The notes beneath the pieces are model-generated. The model searched no databases and had not been told where the DNA came from. It saw only the letters and a list, made by a program, of their open reading frames with translations. DNA of 64,000 bases from Nitrospira japonica (GTDB lineage Bacteria > Nitrospirota > Thermodesulfovibrionia > Thermodesulfovibrionales > SM23-35), in assembly GCA_020725385.1 (NCBI GenBank), contig DYFC01000006.1, positions 1 to 64,000 on the forward strand. The letters run 5' to 3'. Of this stretch, positions 1 through 9,483 are shown piece by piece. The first letter of the stretch is position 1; each line of letters opens with the position of its first letter. The translations under genes were made by a program, and so were the position numbers.

Positions 1-105
1 CAAAATATAAACCTCCTTTTTTTGAGGCTTATATTAAACTTTTTAGGTGTTCACTTTTAATTCGTAAATTTACAAAAACGGTTCACTTTTAATTCGTAGA
101 TGGCA
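1..105 (-). mobile_element. Probable left end of an IS21-family insertion sequence; the element continues beyond the left edge
   Basis: The minus strand reads TGCCATCTACGAATTAAAAGTGAAC from 105. An exact 18-bp repeat GTTCACTTTTAATTCGTA occurs at 49-66 and 81-98. Further in, AAGGAGG precedes a TTG at 3-1. A TG terminus with reiterated internal repeats is typical of IS21 ends. Confidence 0.55.
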
Positions 106-121
106 GAGGCAATTCGAATTG

Positions 122-151
122 TTGACAAAAATATTTTATTTAAAATATAAT
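122..151 (+). promoter_or_regulatory. sigma70-type promoter
   Basis: TTGACA (122-127), an 18-nt spacer and TATAAT (146-151) upstream of the small ORF at 294. Confidence 0.65.
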
Positions 152-293
152 TAAAAGGTTTAGGTTTTCCTGTCGGGATTTTCACCCGCGTGAGAAGCAC
201 CAATCAATCCAAAAATAAGGATTTAGTGGTATGTTGCGTGCCTGATAACAGGAAAAATTTTTTGCATTTTAAACTTTTAAAGGAGGAATAATA

Positions 294-452
294 ATGGCAG
301 AAAAAGGGAAATCAAAAACAGACGTATCCGCAAGAGTCGAGGCTAAAAATAGGGTACATCTCTGCAGCAAGTGTGGGAATAAAGTTGAGGTTGTTCTTTC
401 CGTTTCCCCTACAGGGAAAAAAAGAATGAGACGCGTTTGCTGCGAGGGTTAA
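294..452 (+). CDS. 52-aa Cys-rich microprotein with a desulforedoxin-like CxxCG...CC motif (not in the ORF track)
   Basis: AGGAGG RBS at 281-286. Translation: MAEKGKSKTDVSARVEAKNRVHLCSKCGNKVEVVLSVSPTGKKRMRRVCCEG*. Flanked by a promoter and a hairpin. Confidence 0.75.
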   Translation: MAEKGKSKTDVSARVEAKNRVHLCSKCGNKVEVVLSVSPTGKKRMRRVCCEG

Positions 453-463
453 TATAAATACCG

Positions 464-494
464 ATCTCCTGCGGTGGATTTCATCGCAGGAGAT
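464..494. terminator. Stem-loop between convergent small genes, probable terminator
   Basis: ATCTCCTGCG (464-473) is perfectly complementary to CGCAGGAGAT (485-494); no clear U-tract. Confidence 0.55.
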
Positions 495-508
495 ATGCCT
501 TCTTGAGT

Positions 509-673
509 CTAAAAGAGTCTTGGTTCGAGATAATTCTTAAAAGCTTTACATCGTTGTTTTTTCTTACAGTTAACAAGACAAGCCTTTACATATCTAAAAC
601 TTCCGGAATCATCACACCATATTTTGTTATTGTCTCCAAATTGTTTTGAATTTTTTTCTTTTATTTTTTTCAT
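509..673 (-). CDS. 54-aa four-cysteine microprotein (not in the ORF track)
   Basis: Translation: MKKIKEKNSKQFGDNNKIWCDDSGSFRYVKACLVNCKKKQRCKAFKNYLEPRLF*. Ends just beside the 464-494 hairpin; RBS is weak. Confidence 0.5.
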   Translation of the reverse strand: MKKIKEKNSKQFGDNNKIWCDDSGSFRYVKACLVNCKKKQRCKAFKNYLEPRLF

Positions 674-937
674 CTAAATTAACCTGAAGGTTGCACCTAT
701 ATTACTCTTTTATTAATTGAGACGTCAAAAGTCATTAAGCCGAATAATACAAATCTTGTTCAAAAATTTATTTGATCCGCCCCGTGGATTGACTCGATAA
801 TTTTTATTGTAAAAGACATTTATCAACAATGCGTAAAAAAGCTCATGGTAAACATTCCTGAATTTTCTTGAAAAAGGACGTCATTTGTTTAGAAAATGAT
901 AATATCTATGTTAAAATGACAAATAAAAGGTTTATAA

Positions 938-1330
938 ATGAAATGCCCTGTTTGTAGTTTTGAGCTTGATGAAAAAAATAGATGTAAAAAATGTGGTATT
1001 ATTGCTAATATCCCTCCCAAAAGTGTTGAGGTAGAATATAAAGAATTCCCGAAATCAGAATTTCTCGAAATAAGAACTAAGCCTCCTGTCACACCATCAG
1101 AATTTTATGAGAAAGAAGAAAAAAATAAGGTAATAGAATCACATGAGGAGAGGAATTCATATTCAGAGGAACCTGTAAAGCCTGGTTATAGAAAAAACGA
1201 ACAATTATTAGAAGACTCCCGACAGAAATCTTCTCTAAAAAAAATATATTTTATTATTTTTATTGCAGGATTTCTTACAGGCTGCCTTTTCTTATGGTTA
1301 TATCTTATGTTCTTTAGACCTGCTGGTTAG
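938..1330 (+). CDS. Hypothetical protein with N-terminal zinc ribbon and C-terminal transmembrane helix
   Basis: CPVC...CKKC at the N-terminus; hydrophobic IYFIIFIAGFLTGCLFLWLYLMF near the C-terminus. Confidence 0.7.
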   Translation: MKCPVCSFELDEKNRCKKCGIIANIPPKSVEVEYKEFPKSEFLEIRTKPPVTPSEFYEKEEKNKVIESHEERNSYSEEPVKPGYRKNEQLLEDSRQKSSLKKIYFIIFIAGFLTGCLFLWLYLMFFRPAG

Positions 1331-2071
1331 TTTATGAAGAATTATGCCAATATACTTATTTATTGGATTTGTCCTCTTGAGATAAGGTATAGGTGGTTTC
1401 CTTCTAACGCCTAATTTCGTCATCTCCCATAGTATATCCCGATTATCTTTATCAAAAGAGAGTCCTTTTTTGAATGACTCTACTGCGTCTTTCTTTTTAC
1501 CCGCGCTCAAATAAGCTCTCCCGAGATTAAGATAAAAAGTGGGATAAAATATTTCCTGTCCAAAAGGAGTTGTATTATTCAACAAATCAATTGCTCTGCG
1601 ACATGTTTCTATACCAAAAGCATAATTTTTAAGAATTACGGCCTCAAGGCAGCCGTAATATGAGAGTAAAAAAGCATCGTCAGGATATTTCTTAAGAGCT
1701 TGAAATAATACTTTTAGAGCTTCTCTGTTTTCTTTTTTCTTTAGAAGTAGTTTGACTTCATCAAGATATTTCGACGGACTCATGTTTCTTCTTTCATTTT
1801 CTCTATTCAGCATTTTTATTATTGTTTGGTGCTGTTGATGAACAATCTCAGCCATTTTCTTCTCGGGGTCCGGGGAATTAAGAACATCTTTACACTCTAT
1901 ATTCCTTGAGGAAATAATTCTTCCGTTAAGATATACTTTAGTATTTACAAATTGTTTAAAAGGGCTTACATCTTCGGTAAGAATTAAATATTTTTTCCCG
2001 TTAATAACAACATTAGTGCTTATCTCTTTTTGAAGGGAAGACTGAATTTTAATAGAATTTTTATCTTTCAT
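1298..2071 (-). CDS. Tetratricopeptide repeat protein
   Basis: TPR-like motifs ALKKYPDDAFLLSYYG and YLNLGRAYLSAGKKKDAVESFKKGL. Confidence 0.75.
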   Translation of the reverse strand: MKDKNSIKIQSSLQKEISTNVVINGKKYLILTEDVSPFKQFVNTKVYLNGRIISSRNIECKDVLNSPDPEKKMAEIVHQQHQTIIKMLNRENERRNMSPSKYLDEVKLLLKKKENREALKVLFQALKKYPDDAFLLSYYGCLEAVILKNYAFGIETCRRAIDLLNNTTPFGQEIFYPTFYLNLGRAYLSAGKKKDAVESFKKGLSFDKDNRDILWEMTKLGVRRKPPIPYLKRTNPINKYIGIILHKLTSRSKEHKI

Positions 2072-2147
2072 ACTATTAATAATAATTATACCTATAAATT
2101 AAAGTTTTACAACAATAAACAGGTGCGAACCAAATCAATATTCGGGG

Positions 2148-4727
2148 TTATTCGAATGTGATGAAACGTTTAGGGTCGATTTTTTTTGCAATACCTGATG
2201 GAATTAATCCTGATAGCAATGTTACAGCAAAAAGCAATACAAATACTAAAGCTATGTAATGATAAGGAATGCTAAAATGTATTTTCCAGCCAAACGAAAG
2301 CTTATTAACTACTTCTATCAATATAATACTCATAAGGGGTCCAAGCAATGCGCTATAAAAAATTCCTGCAACCGCTATTATTGCTGCGGATAAGATGAAT
2401 GTTTTTGTAATTTGCTGCCATGTTCCACCAAGGTAACGTATTATGCTAATTTCCCTTTTCTTCTCAAAAACAAGAGCAAGTAAAGTGTTGACTACTCCTA
2501 TAAGTGAAATAATAATTGAAATAATTTCAATAGCATAAGTTATTGCAAATGTCCTGTTAAATATATCAATTATTTTATTTCTTAATTCCTGATTATTCAT
2601 AATTTCAAGAGAATAACTTAACCCTAAGTTTTCATAAACTTTTCTTATAAAAAAATCTGCGTCAATCCCTTCTTTTAAATAGATGCTGAATTGAGTTGTA
2701 TCATCAAACCCCCAGTATTTTTTAAGCCATTTTCTATCTATATATACAAAACCCGAGGTTGTTGAATAACTTGCAAAAATATCATTGATCTTAAAATTAA
2801 CAATGCCTTTAGGAGTATTAACCGGTAGTTTATCTCCTTTTCTCAGTCCATATTTAATACTTAGAAAATCCGAAATACCAGCGACAGGCTCGTCTGATTC
2901 CATTTCAAAAAGAATCTTTTCATAATTTTCATCTTTGTACTTTTTATAAAGGTGTTCTCTTTTTACTTTAATATCCGCAAATCCTGCGATAATTTTTTTA
3001 CCAAAGACTTCAACTTGCATACCCCTAAATTTATCAATACCTGAAACTTCCGGAAAACTTTCAACAGTTTTAATGACATTTTCGGAAACAGAATAGAAGC
3101 AGTAATTAGCTTTGCATGAAGCCGGCTTTATATAAACATCAGCAGTTATATTTTTATGGATCCATTTATTCAAAGATGTTCTGAAAGAAAATATAATTGT
3201 AAGAAATGCTATAATCAGGGCACTGCTAATAGCGACACTCATAAGAGCAACAGAAAATCTATGAGGATTCCCCCGTATATCGCTATAAGAAATTTTTCCA
3301 ATTGCACCAAAGGCTTTTTCGATAGGAACTTTGAGCAATTTAATCGTGATTAAAAAATAGAATGTGGAAGCAAGAGAAAAGCCTATAATCAACATAATAA
3401 TTCCTGCATAAGCAAGAATCGGGAATGAAAATGGCGCATAGAAATAATCAATATATGATATGCCAATACCTGTTAATATAAATAAAATTCCTGATGCAAA
3501 AAACCATTTATGGAATTTGGCATATCTTCTTTCGAATGAGCCTTCACGCGAACTCTCATTGGGTCTTATATTTGATGCTTCAACAGCAGGTATTATTGAA
3601 GCAATTAATGAGACTACGATTCCAAAAATTAAGGCGATAACAGCATCTTTTCTATTAATTCCATAATCTGAGATTGTGATTGCAGTGTACATTGTTGAGA
3701 TAGTCTTTTCAACAGCAATAGCAGAGAAATATGCTGTAATCTGGCCTAAGAAAATGCCGGTAACAGAACCTATTATTCCAAGAATTAGACCATGAAATGT
3801 AAAGAGCATAATAATAGTTTTTTTGTCTGCTCCAAGACCTCTTAGTATCCCTATTTCAGTTCGCTTTTTTACGACTGAAATAAAAACTGTGTTATAAAGC
3901 ATGAATATACCAACCAGAATAGCTATCAGACTCACAAATTGAAGATTGTATCTGAAGGAACCGATCATGGCTTTCTGGTTTTTAAAAATATTTTCTTTTT
4001 TATCAATTTTCAGATTTGAAGGTAGTGCAGATTTAATTATGCTTGCATTGCGTTCATCAGTAGAAATATCAATTTTTGATAAGACCCCTATCTTTCCAAA
4101 ATATTCCTGGAAATTTCCAATATCCATAATAATTGTATTTGAAACGAGAATATCAGAATCAATGATATTCACAACCTTTAAAGGGTATTCTCTGTCATAG
4201 ACTATAGCTCTAAAAATATCTCCTTTTTTTATTGAATGTTTATTAGCGAATTTTTTTGTTACAAGCACAGCATTTGTTTGCCTGTAAAAATCATCGAAAT
4301 TATATCTTTCAAGAAATCCCCAATCCGGGTTATGGGAATTTGAGGAAAGAGTTTCAGATGGAAGCAGTTTTAAAAACTGCGTTGCCTTTACAGTGAAAAT
4401 CCCGTTTATTTCAACAGAGTCTTTTAATTCAGGCAAATAAGCAAAGGTTTGCAACAAAGGGAAACAGCTTTCTTCAATTTCGCGTATTTTTTTGTAGACA
4501 TTCTCATCAAAATCAACACCTGATATATCTACAATCTCATAATTTACAAAAGATATAATTCCTTTAATATTGGATTCAAAAGAATAAATAGCTCTATCGG
4601 ATGCAACTTTGACACCAGTAAAAAGTGCTATTCCGAGAGCAATTCCTAATATTGATAAGAACGTAAGAAATTTATTTTCACAGATATTTCTAAAGACAAG
4701 AATTCTTAAAAGCTTGAAGAAATTCAC
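2148..4727 (-). CDS. ABC transporter permease with duplicated MacB/FtsX-type modules (AttF/G-like)
   Basis: 859 aa with two periplasmic-plus-FtsX modules; motifs KRTEIGILRGLGA and KKREISIIRYLG. Confidence 0.9.
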   Translation of the reverse strand: MNFFKLLRILVFRNICENKFLTFLSILGIALGIALFTGVKVASDRAIYSFESNIKGIISFVNYEIVDISGVDFDENVYKKIREIEESCFPLLQTFAYLPELKDSVEINGIFTVKATQFLKLLPSETLSSNSHNPDWGFLERYNFDDFYRQTNAVLVTKKFANKHSIKKGDIFRAIVYDREYPLKVVNIIDSDILVSNTIIMDIGNFQEYFGKIGVLSKIDISTDERNASIIKSALPSNLKIDKKENIFKNQKAMIGSFRYNLQFVSLIAILVGIFMLYNTVFISVVKKRTEIGILRGLGADKKTIIMLFTFHGLILGIIGSVTGIFLGQITAYFSAIAVEKTISTMYTAITISDYGINRKDAVIALIFGIVVSLIASIIPAVEASNIRPNESSREGSFERRYAKFHKWFFASGILFILTGIGISYIDYFYAPFSFPILAYAGIIMLIIGFSLASTFYFLITIKLLKVPIEKAFGAIGKISYSDIRGNPHRFSVALMSVAISSALIIAFLTIIFSFRTSLNKWIHKNITADVYIKPASCKANYCFYSVSENVIKTVESFPEVSGIDKFRGMQVEVFGKKIIAGFADIKVKREHLYKKYKDENYEKILFEMESDEPVAGISDFLSIKYGLRKGDKLPVNTPKGIVNFKINDIFASYSTTSGFVYIDRKWLKKYWGFDDTTQFSIYLKEGIDADFFIRKVYENLGLSYSLEIMNNQELRNKIIDIFNRTFAITYAIEIISIIISLIGVVNTLLALVFEKKREISIIRYLGGTWQQITKTFILSAAIIAVAGIFYSALLGPLMSIILIEVVNKLSFGWKIHFSIPYHYIALVFVLLFAVTLLSGLIPSGIAKKIDPKRFITFE

Positions 4728-5368
4728 TTATAAACAACCCCGTCTTTTATGGTTATAATCCTGTCTGCATACTGAGCTATATAGTTTTCATGTGTAACAA
4801 TGATGACTGTCTTTTGAAACTCTTTAATGAGTCTGCATATAAGTTCCATAATCAATTTTCCTGTTTCACTATCAAGACTGCCTGTTGGTTCATCAGCAAG
4901 AATAATTTCTGGTGAATGTACAAGTGCTCTTGCGATTGCTACTCTTTGTTGTTCACCTCCTGATAATTGAAACGGGAAAGAGCTTTCCTTATCTTCAAGC
5001 CCTACAAGATTTATGAGATATTTGACTTTTTCTTCATCCATTGCATTATTAAGAATAAGCGGCATCGAGATATTTTCAAATACACTTATATTTGGTAATA
5101 GATTAAAAAACTGAAATATAAAGCCAATTTTCCTTCTTCTATACAAAGTTAATTCATCGTCAGAATATAAAGATATATCTTCATCATTAACAATAATCTT
5201 CCCCTTTTCAGCCTTATCCATTCCACCTATGATATTTAATAAAGTTGACTTTCCGGAACCCGATCTTCCAACAATAGATATAAACTCACCTTTATTAACT
5301 TCAAGTGAAATATCTTTCAGAACATGAAAATTACCGTAATATTTATCCACATGTTTGAGCTTTATCAA
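4724..5368 (-). CDS. ABC transporter ATP-binding protein (LolD/MacB-type)
   Basis: Walker A GRSGSGKS, signature [23 protein letters not shown]. Confidence 0.95.
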   Translation of the reverse strand: MIKLKHVDKYYGNFHVLKDISLEVNKGEFISIVGRSGSGKSTLLNIIGGMDKAEKGKIIVNDEDISLYSDDELTLYRRRKIGFIFQFFNLLPNISVFENISMPLILNNAMDEEKVKYLINLVGLEDKESSFPFQLSGGEQQRVAIARALVHSPEIILADEPTGSLDSETGKLIMELICRLIKEFQKTVIIVTHENYIAQYADRIITIKDGVVYK

Positions 5369-5401
5369 GTTAACTCCTTCTATTTTAGATATTACTGTTA
5401 G

Positions 5402-6463
5402 TTAATAACCTGTCATTTCAACATATGCTCTGCCATTTGAAGAGCCTTCCACCTTACATGTGCCCTCCCAGTAATAATTGCCTGTAGTTTTATATGCAAG
5501 CACTTCCTGGTCTTTAACCAATGGTTTAATTCTTATATTAACTTCCTCGGAAGGAATCTTGATTTCCCACTCTATTGGATATTTTGCTTTAGTTTTTTTA
5601 GAAACATAGAATGACTTTGCAATTACAGTAAATTCTTTATTAGACAAATTTCTATATCTGCCATCAGCATATACAAAAGTTCCTGAAGAATGTATGTCAA
5701 TTGAACCATCTCTTTTTCTTAGGATGTATAACATTATCTCTCTTTCATCATCAAATTTTATGGAAAACCAATCCCATCCTGAATGTTTTGTCCCCATAAG
5801 GTTTGAAAGAATTTCTCTATCAAACCAGCTTTTGCCTGTAACTTTGAATTTATTATTTCCTATTTTCAGAGTCCCATGTGTATAGAGATTAGTGTATGAA
5901 AAATAGTAAGAAGCAATAAAAGATGACTCTTCCGATTTTCTGAAATACCCGTTTTCTCCATGAAGTACAATAGGTTTTAAAGGATTTAAAAACAATTCTA
6001 TAGCTTTTTCTCTATCATAAGCTTTAATATAAAAGCCATTGATAACACTATATTTCAAATTGTTTTCATCGATCCGCAAATTAAGTTCATTTTCATTTAA
6101 TTCTGCAAATCCAAAAGCACCTGAATCAGATTTTTCACTAAAATGAAACTTTTCATTCAAAACATCTGTTATGCCAAAATGTGAAATGTAAATCCTGTTT
6201 ACTCCGAACTTAGATTTAAATTTCTTTTTCTGCACATTTACCACAAAAAATGTAAGTTCATATCCGAATTCCCTGCCCTCTTCATCATAAAGATGCCCTG
6301 TAAAATACCACCACTGGATTCGAAAGTCTTTCTTAAAATTTAAATCTTCAGGAAATTTTAACTGATAATCTTTTTTAGGAGATGAGAATTCTTCTGGCAA
6401 AGAAATAGAAGTAATTGATAGGAGTACAATTATTAATAACAAAAACAAAATATTACTTTTCAT
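5402..6463 (-). CDS. Secreted lipocalin-like AttH/CrtC-fold protein
   Basis: Signal peptide; motifs WWYFTGHL, SYYFSYT, SWFDRE, GWDWF, YWEG, YVEMTGY. Confidence 0.85.
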   Translation of the reverse strand: MKSNILFLLLIIVLLSITSISLPEEFSSPKKDYQLKFPEDLNFKKDFRIQWWYFTGHLYDEEGREFGYELTFFVVNVQKKKFKSKFGVNRIYISHFGITDVLNEKFHFSEKSDSGAFGFAELNENELNLRIDENNLKYSVINGFYIKAYDREKAIELFLNPLKPIVLHGENGYFRKSEESSFIASYYFSYTNLYTHGTLKIGNNKFKVTGKSWFDREILSNLMGTKHSGWDWFSIKFDDEREIMLYILRKRDGSIDIHSSGTFVYADGRYRNLSNKEFTVIAKSFYVSKKTKAKYPIEWEIKIPSEEVNIRIKPLVKDQEVLAYKTTGNYYWEGTCKVEGSSNGRAYVEMTGY

Positions 6464-6530
6464 ATATATAGATTACCATTGCAGCTTTATATTTATCCTC
6501 ATGAGATGTATAATTTTAATTAGATTTGAC

Positions 6531-7346
6531 ATGGAAATTAAATTATTAAAAGAAATAGGCCAAAGACTTTTTGAAAAAATTCATTCTCTATCAAATAAGA
6601 CCAGAGAACCTCTTGGCAGAGGAGCTTCAGGAGATATAACTTATCAGATAGATAAACTTGCAGAAGAAATTATTATTTCAGCTCTTGAATCAACCGGTGA
6701 ACCTTTAACCATTATCTCCGAAGAAATTGGGATTAGAAAAATTAAAGGTGGAGGGAAAAATGTTTTGATTGACCCTATTGATGGTAGTAGAAATGCAGTT
6801 TCAGGGATACCTTTTTATTGTTCTTCGATTGCCATAGCGGATGGGGACAGGATAGGTGACATTGAACTTGCATATATTATAAATCTCATTAATGGTGATG
6901 AATTCTATGCTAAAAAAGACAATGGAGCATTTATGAACAATAATATGATTAAATCCCAGGCAGATGATAGTTTTCGGACAATAGCTTATGAAGCACAGTT
7001 GCCATCAAGGGATTTAAAGACTATTTTGCCTTTACTCTCGGCAGCAAGAAAAGTTCGTTGCTTTGGTTCAACAGCTCTTGATCTTGCATACCTTGCAGCA
7101 GGATCTTTGAGTGTTTTTGTTAATCCCTCTCCCTCAAGATGTATTGATTTTGCAGGTGGATGGCTTATTGTTAAGGAATCTGGCGGAGTCTTTACAGACA
7201 TACAAGGTAATTCAATAGAAAATATCAGTGTAGGTATCGAAAAATCAACTCCCCTTCTGGTATCTGGTAATTTATTGCTGCACAGAAAAGCACTCAAACT
7301 AATTAAAAATCAATTACAGGGGACCTCGCAAGATATTTTAATGTAA
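6531..7346 (+). CDS. Inositol monophosphatase / FBPase family protein
   Basis: Motifs SEE, IDPIDGS, GSTALDLAYLA, DFAGG; start moved to the ATG at 6531. Confidence 0.9.
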   Translation: MEIKLLKEIGQRLFEKIHSLSNKTREPLGRGASGDITYQIDKLAEEIIISALESTGEPLTIISEEIGIRKIKGGGKNVLIDPIDGSRNAVSGIPFYCSSIAIADGDRIGDIELAYIINLINGDEFYAKKDNGAFMNNNMIKSQADDSFRTIAYEAQLPSRDLKTILPLLSAARKVRCFGSTALDLAYLAAGSLSVFVNPSPSRCIDFAGGWLIVKESGGVFTDIQGNSIENISVGIEKSTPLLVSGNLLLHRKALKLIKNQLQGTSQDILM

Positions 7347-7430
7347 GAATTTAGTTTCTTTATATTTTTTATTTGTTTGCTTTTAGATAATATCAAAAGT
7401 TAAATAAAAAGAAAAATAAAGGGGGAAAAT

Positions 7431-8246
7431 ATGGATAATTCTTTGGCAAGAAACAGTAATCTATTACTGTATTTTTTTAATTCTTTAGGGAAAAAGATAA
7501 TAAAGATAATAAACGAACTTGGTGCTATAGTCATTTTTTTTATACTTGCTTTTCTGAAGATCTTCAGGCGCAAGCAAATTCATGAGATTATTCAGCAAAT
7601 TTATTATATTGGTGCAAAGTCAGCGAATATTGTTATGCTCGTTGGCCTTTTTACCGGTATGGTTTTAGGTCTGCAACTTTATTATACTTTGACGAAAGTA
7701 GGTTCATCCGGATTCCTTGGTTCTGTTGTTGCGCTTACACTTATAAGAGAATTAGGACCTGTTCTTACCGCTATAATGATAACAGCGCGTGCAGGCTCTG
7801 CAATGACAGCCGAGATTGGCAATCTTCGCATTTCCGAGCAGATAGACGCTCTTTATACTATGAGAATAGACCCGCAACGTTATCTTGTCAGCCCATGCAT
7901 TGCAGCTTCGATCATTAGCTTTCCCTTGCTCACTGCTTTATTTGACCTTATTGGCATTCTCGGCGGATACATCACCGGTGTTGTCCTTCTCGGTGTAGAT
8001 AAAGGCGCATACTTCTATCGCATTCAGGCACACGTAGACATAATTGATATCAGGGGCGGGTTTATAAAATCAATTGTCTTTGCTTTGCTTGTCTCTACAA
8101 TATGTTGCTATAACGGATACTTTACTCATTTGCGGACCGACAGTTACGGTGCGCGTAGCGTCAGCTTATCTACTACTTCGGCAGTTGTATTATCCTGTGT
8201 AACAATACTAATCTCAGACTATGTTGTTACATCTTTTCTTATGTAG
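7431..8246 (+). CDS. mlaE: MlaE family lipid ABC transporter permease
   Basis: RELGPVLTAIMITARAGSAMTAEIG and EQIDAL. Confidence 0.93.
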   Translation: MDNSLARNSNLLLYFFNSLGKKIIKIINELGAIVIFFILAFLKIFRRKQIHEIIQQIYYIGAKSANIVMLVGLFTGMVLGLQLYYTLTKVGSSGFLGSVVALTLIRELGPVLTAIMITARAGSAMTAEIGNLRISEQIDALYTMRIDPQRYLVSPCIAASIISFPLLTALFDLIGILGGYITGVVLLGVDKGAYFYRIQAHVDIIDIRGGFIKSIVFALLVSTICCYNGYFTHLRTDSYGARSVSLSTTSAVVLSCVTILISDYVVTSFLM

Positions 8247-8254
8247 GCATTCAT

Positions 8255-9481
8255 ATGGAAACACCTTTAATAGAATTCAAAGGTATAACCAAACGATTTT
8301 CAGGAAAAACGGTTCTTGACAGGATTGATCTGTCTATTTATGAAAACCAGATTACAACAATTATAGGCAAAAGCGGAAGTGGCAAGAGTGTTCTAATTAA
8401 ACATATCATAGGACTCCTTTCCCCTGATGAAGGAAGTATTCTTTTCAGAGGGAAACCGGTCGATAAGATGAAGAAAAAAGAATGGGAAGAATATAGGAGC
8501 AGAATTAGCTATATGTTCCAGAATAATGCCCTTTTCGATTCTATGACCGTGTTTGAGAATATAGCTTTGCCTTTAAAACAAACAACCAATCTTAAAAAGA
8601 AAGAAATTGAAAAGAAGGTAATGTCACGCATTGAACAGATGGAACTTTTGGATGCTGCAAACAAATATCCTGCCGAACTTTCAGGTGGCATGCAAAAACG
8701 AGTAGCTATGGCAAGAGCTCTCGTAACAGACCCTGCAATCGTTCTGTTTGATGAACCCACAACCAGTCAGGACCCTATAAGGAGAAATATAATTCTAAGC
8801 ATGATAGCCCATTACAGAAAAAAATTCGGGTTTACCGCTATACTTATTAGCCATGATATACCAGATGTCTTTTTTATTTCCGACCGCATACTTCTATTAT
8901 GGGACGGGAAGATTGCTTTTAATGGCTCATACGAAGAGTTTTATAGACTCAAGCATCCAATGATAGATGAATTTCTATTGAGCATCGAAGGACTTAAGGA
9001 TGAACTCACCGGACTGCTTTCAAAAAGAATGTTTAGATCACGCTATGACATCCTCACGGATCAAAGGAATATTGGCAATATAATTACAGCAGTACTTTTT
9101 AGTATTGAATTTAAGATGCCAGACGAAATAAATGGCTCGCTGATTTCTACAGAAATCCTAAAAGCACTCGGAGAATATGTAAATACATACTTTGGACCAT
9201 TAGGGGGGTTCTCGGCACGTCATAGCAGTAGAAAGATACTCACTGTTTTACCATATTTAAAACCCGAGGAGGTGGAAAAATCGGTTCATGATTTTGCATT
9301 AGAACTTCAGCAAAAAACTCTTACCGGAAGTGCAGCAGATGTTAGGGAATGCTTTGAAATAGAAGTAACTGCTGGCATAACCGAAGCCGGACCATCCGAT
9401 GATATTGAGAACATAATCGAAAAGGCCGAGAAAAACAAAAAAATAATTGCGTTATACAAGTGTGGCAAGGAGGACAGTTAG
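8255..9481 (+). CDS. mlaF: MlaF-type ABC ATPase with a C-terminal degenerate GGDEF-like domain
   Basis: GKSGSGKS, LSGGMQKRVAMARAL, FDEPT; about 160 extra residues beginning DELTGLL. Confidence 0.85.
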   Translation: METPLIEFKGITKRFSGKTVLDRIDLSIYENQITTIIGKSGSGKSVLIKHIIGLLSPDEGSILFRGKPVDKMKKKEWEEYRSRISYMFQNNALFDSMTVFENIALPLKQTTNLKKKEIEKKVMSRIEQMELLDAANKYPAELSGGMQKRVAMARALVTDPAIVLFDEPTTSQDPIRRNIILSMIAHYRKKFGFTAILISHDIPDVFFISDRILLLWDGKIAFNGSYEEFYRLKHPMIDEFLLSIEGLKDELTGLLSKRMFRSRYDILTDQRNIGNIITAVLFSIEFKMPDEINGSLISTEILKALGEYVNTYFGPLGGFSARHSSRKILTVLPYLKPEEVEKSVHDFALELQQKTLTGSAADVRECFEIEVTAGITEAGPSDDIENIIEKAEKNKKIIALYKCGKEDS

Positions 9482-9483
9482 AA

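Noticed and set aside
49-98. 18-bp direct repeat as a CRISPR array
   Set aside because: Only two copies with a 14-bp gap and no cas genes; it fits an IS end better
165-256. SRP RNA or 6S RNA identity for the structured leader
   Set aside because: Lacks the SRP GGAA tetraloop with AGCAG motif and is about half the length of a 6S RNA
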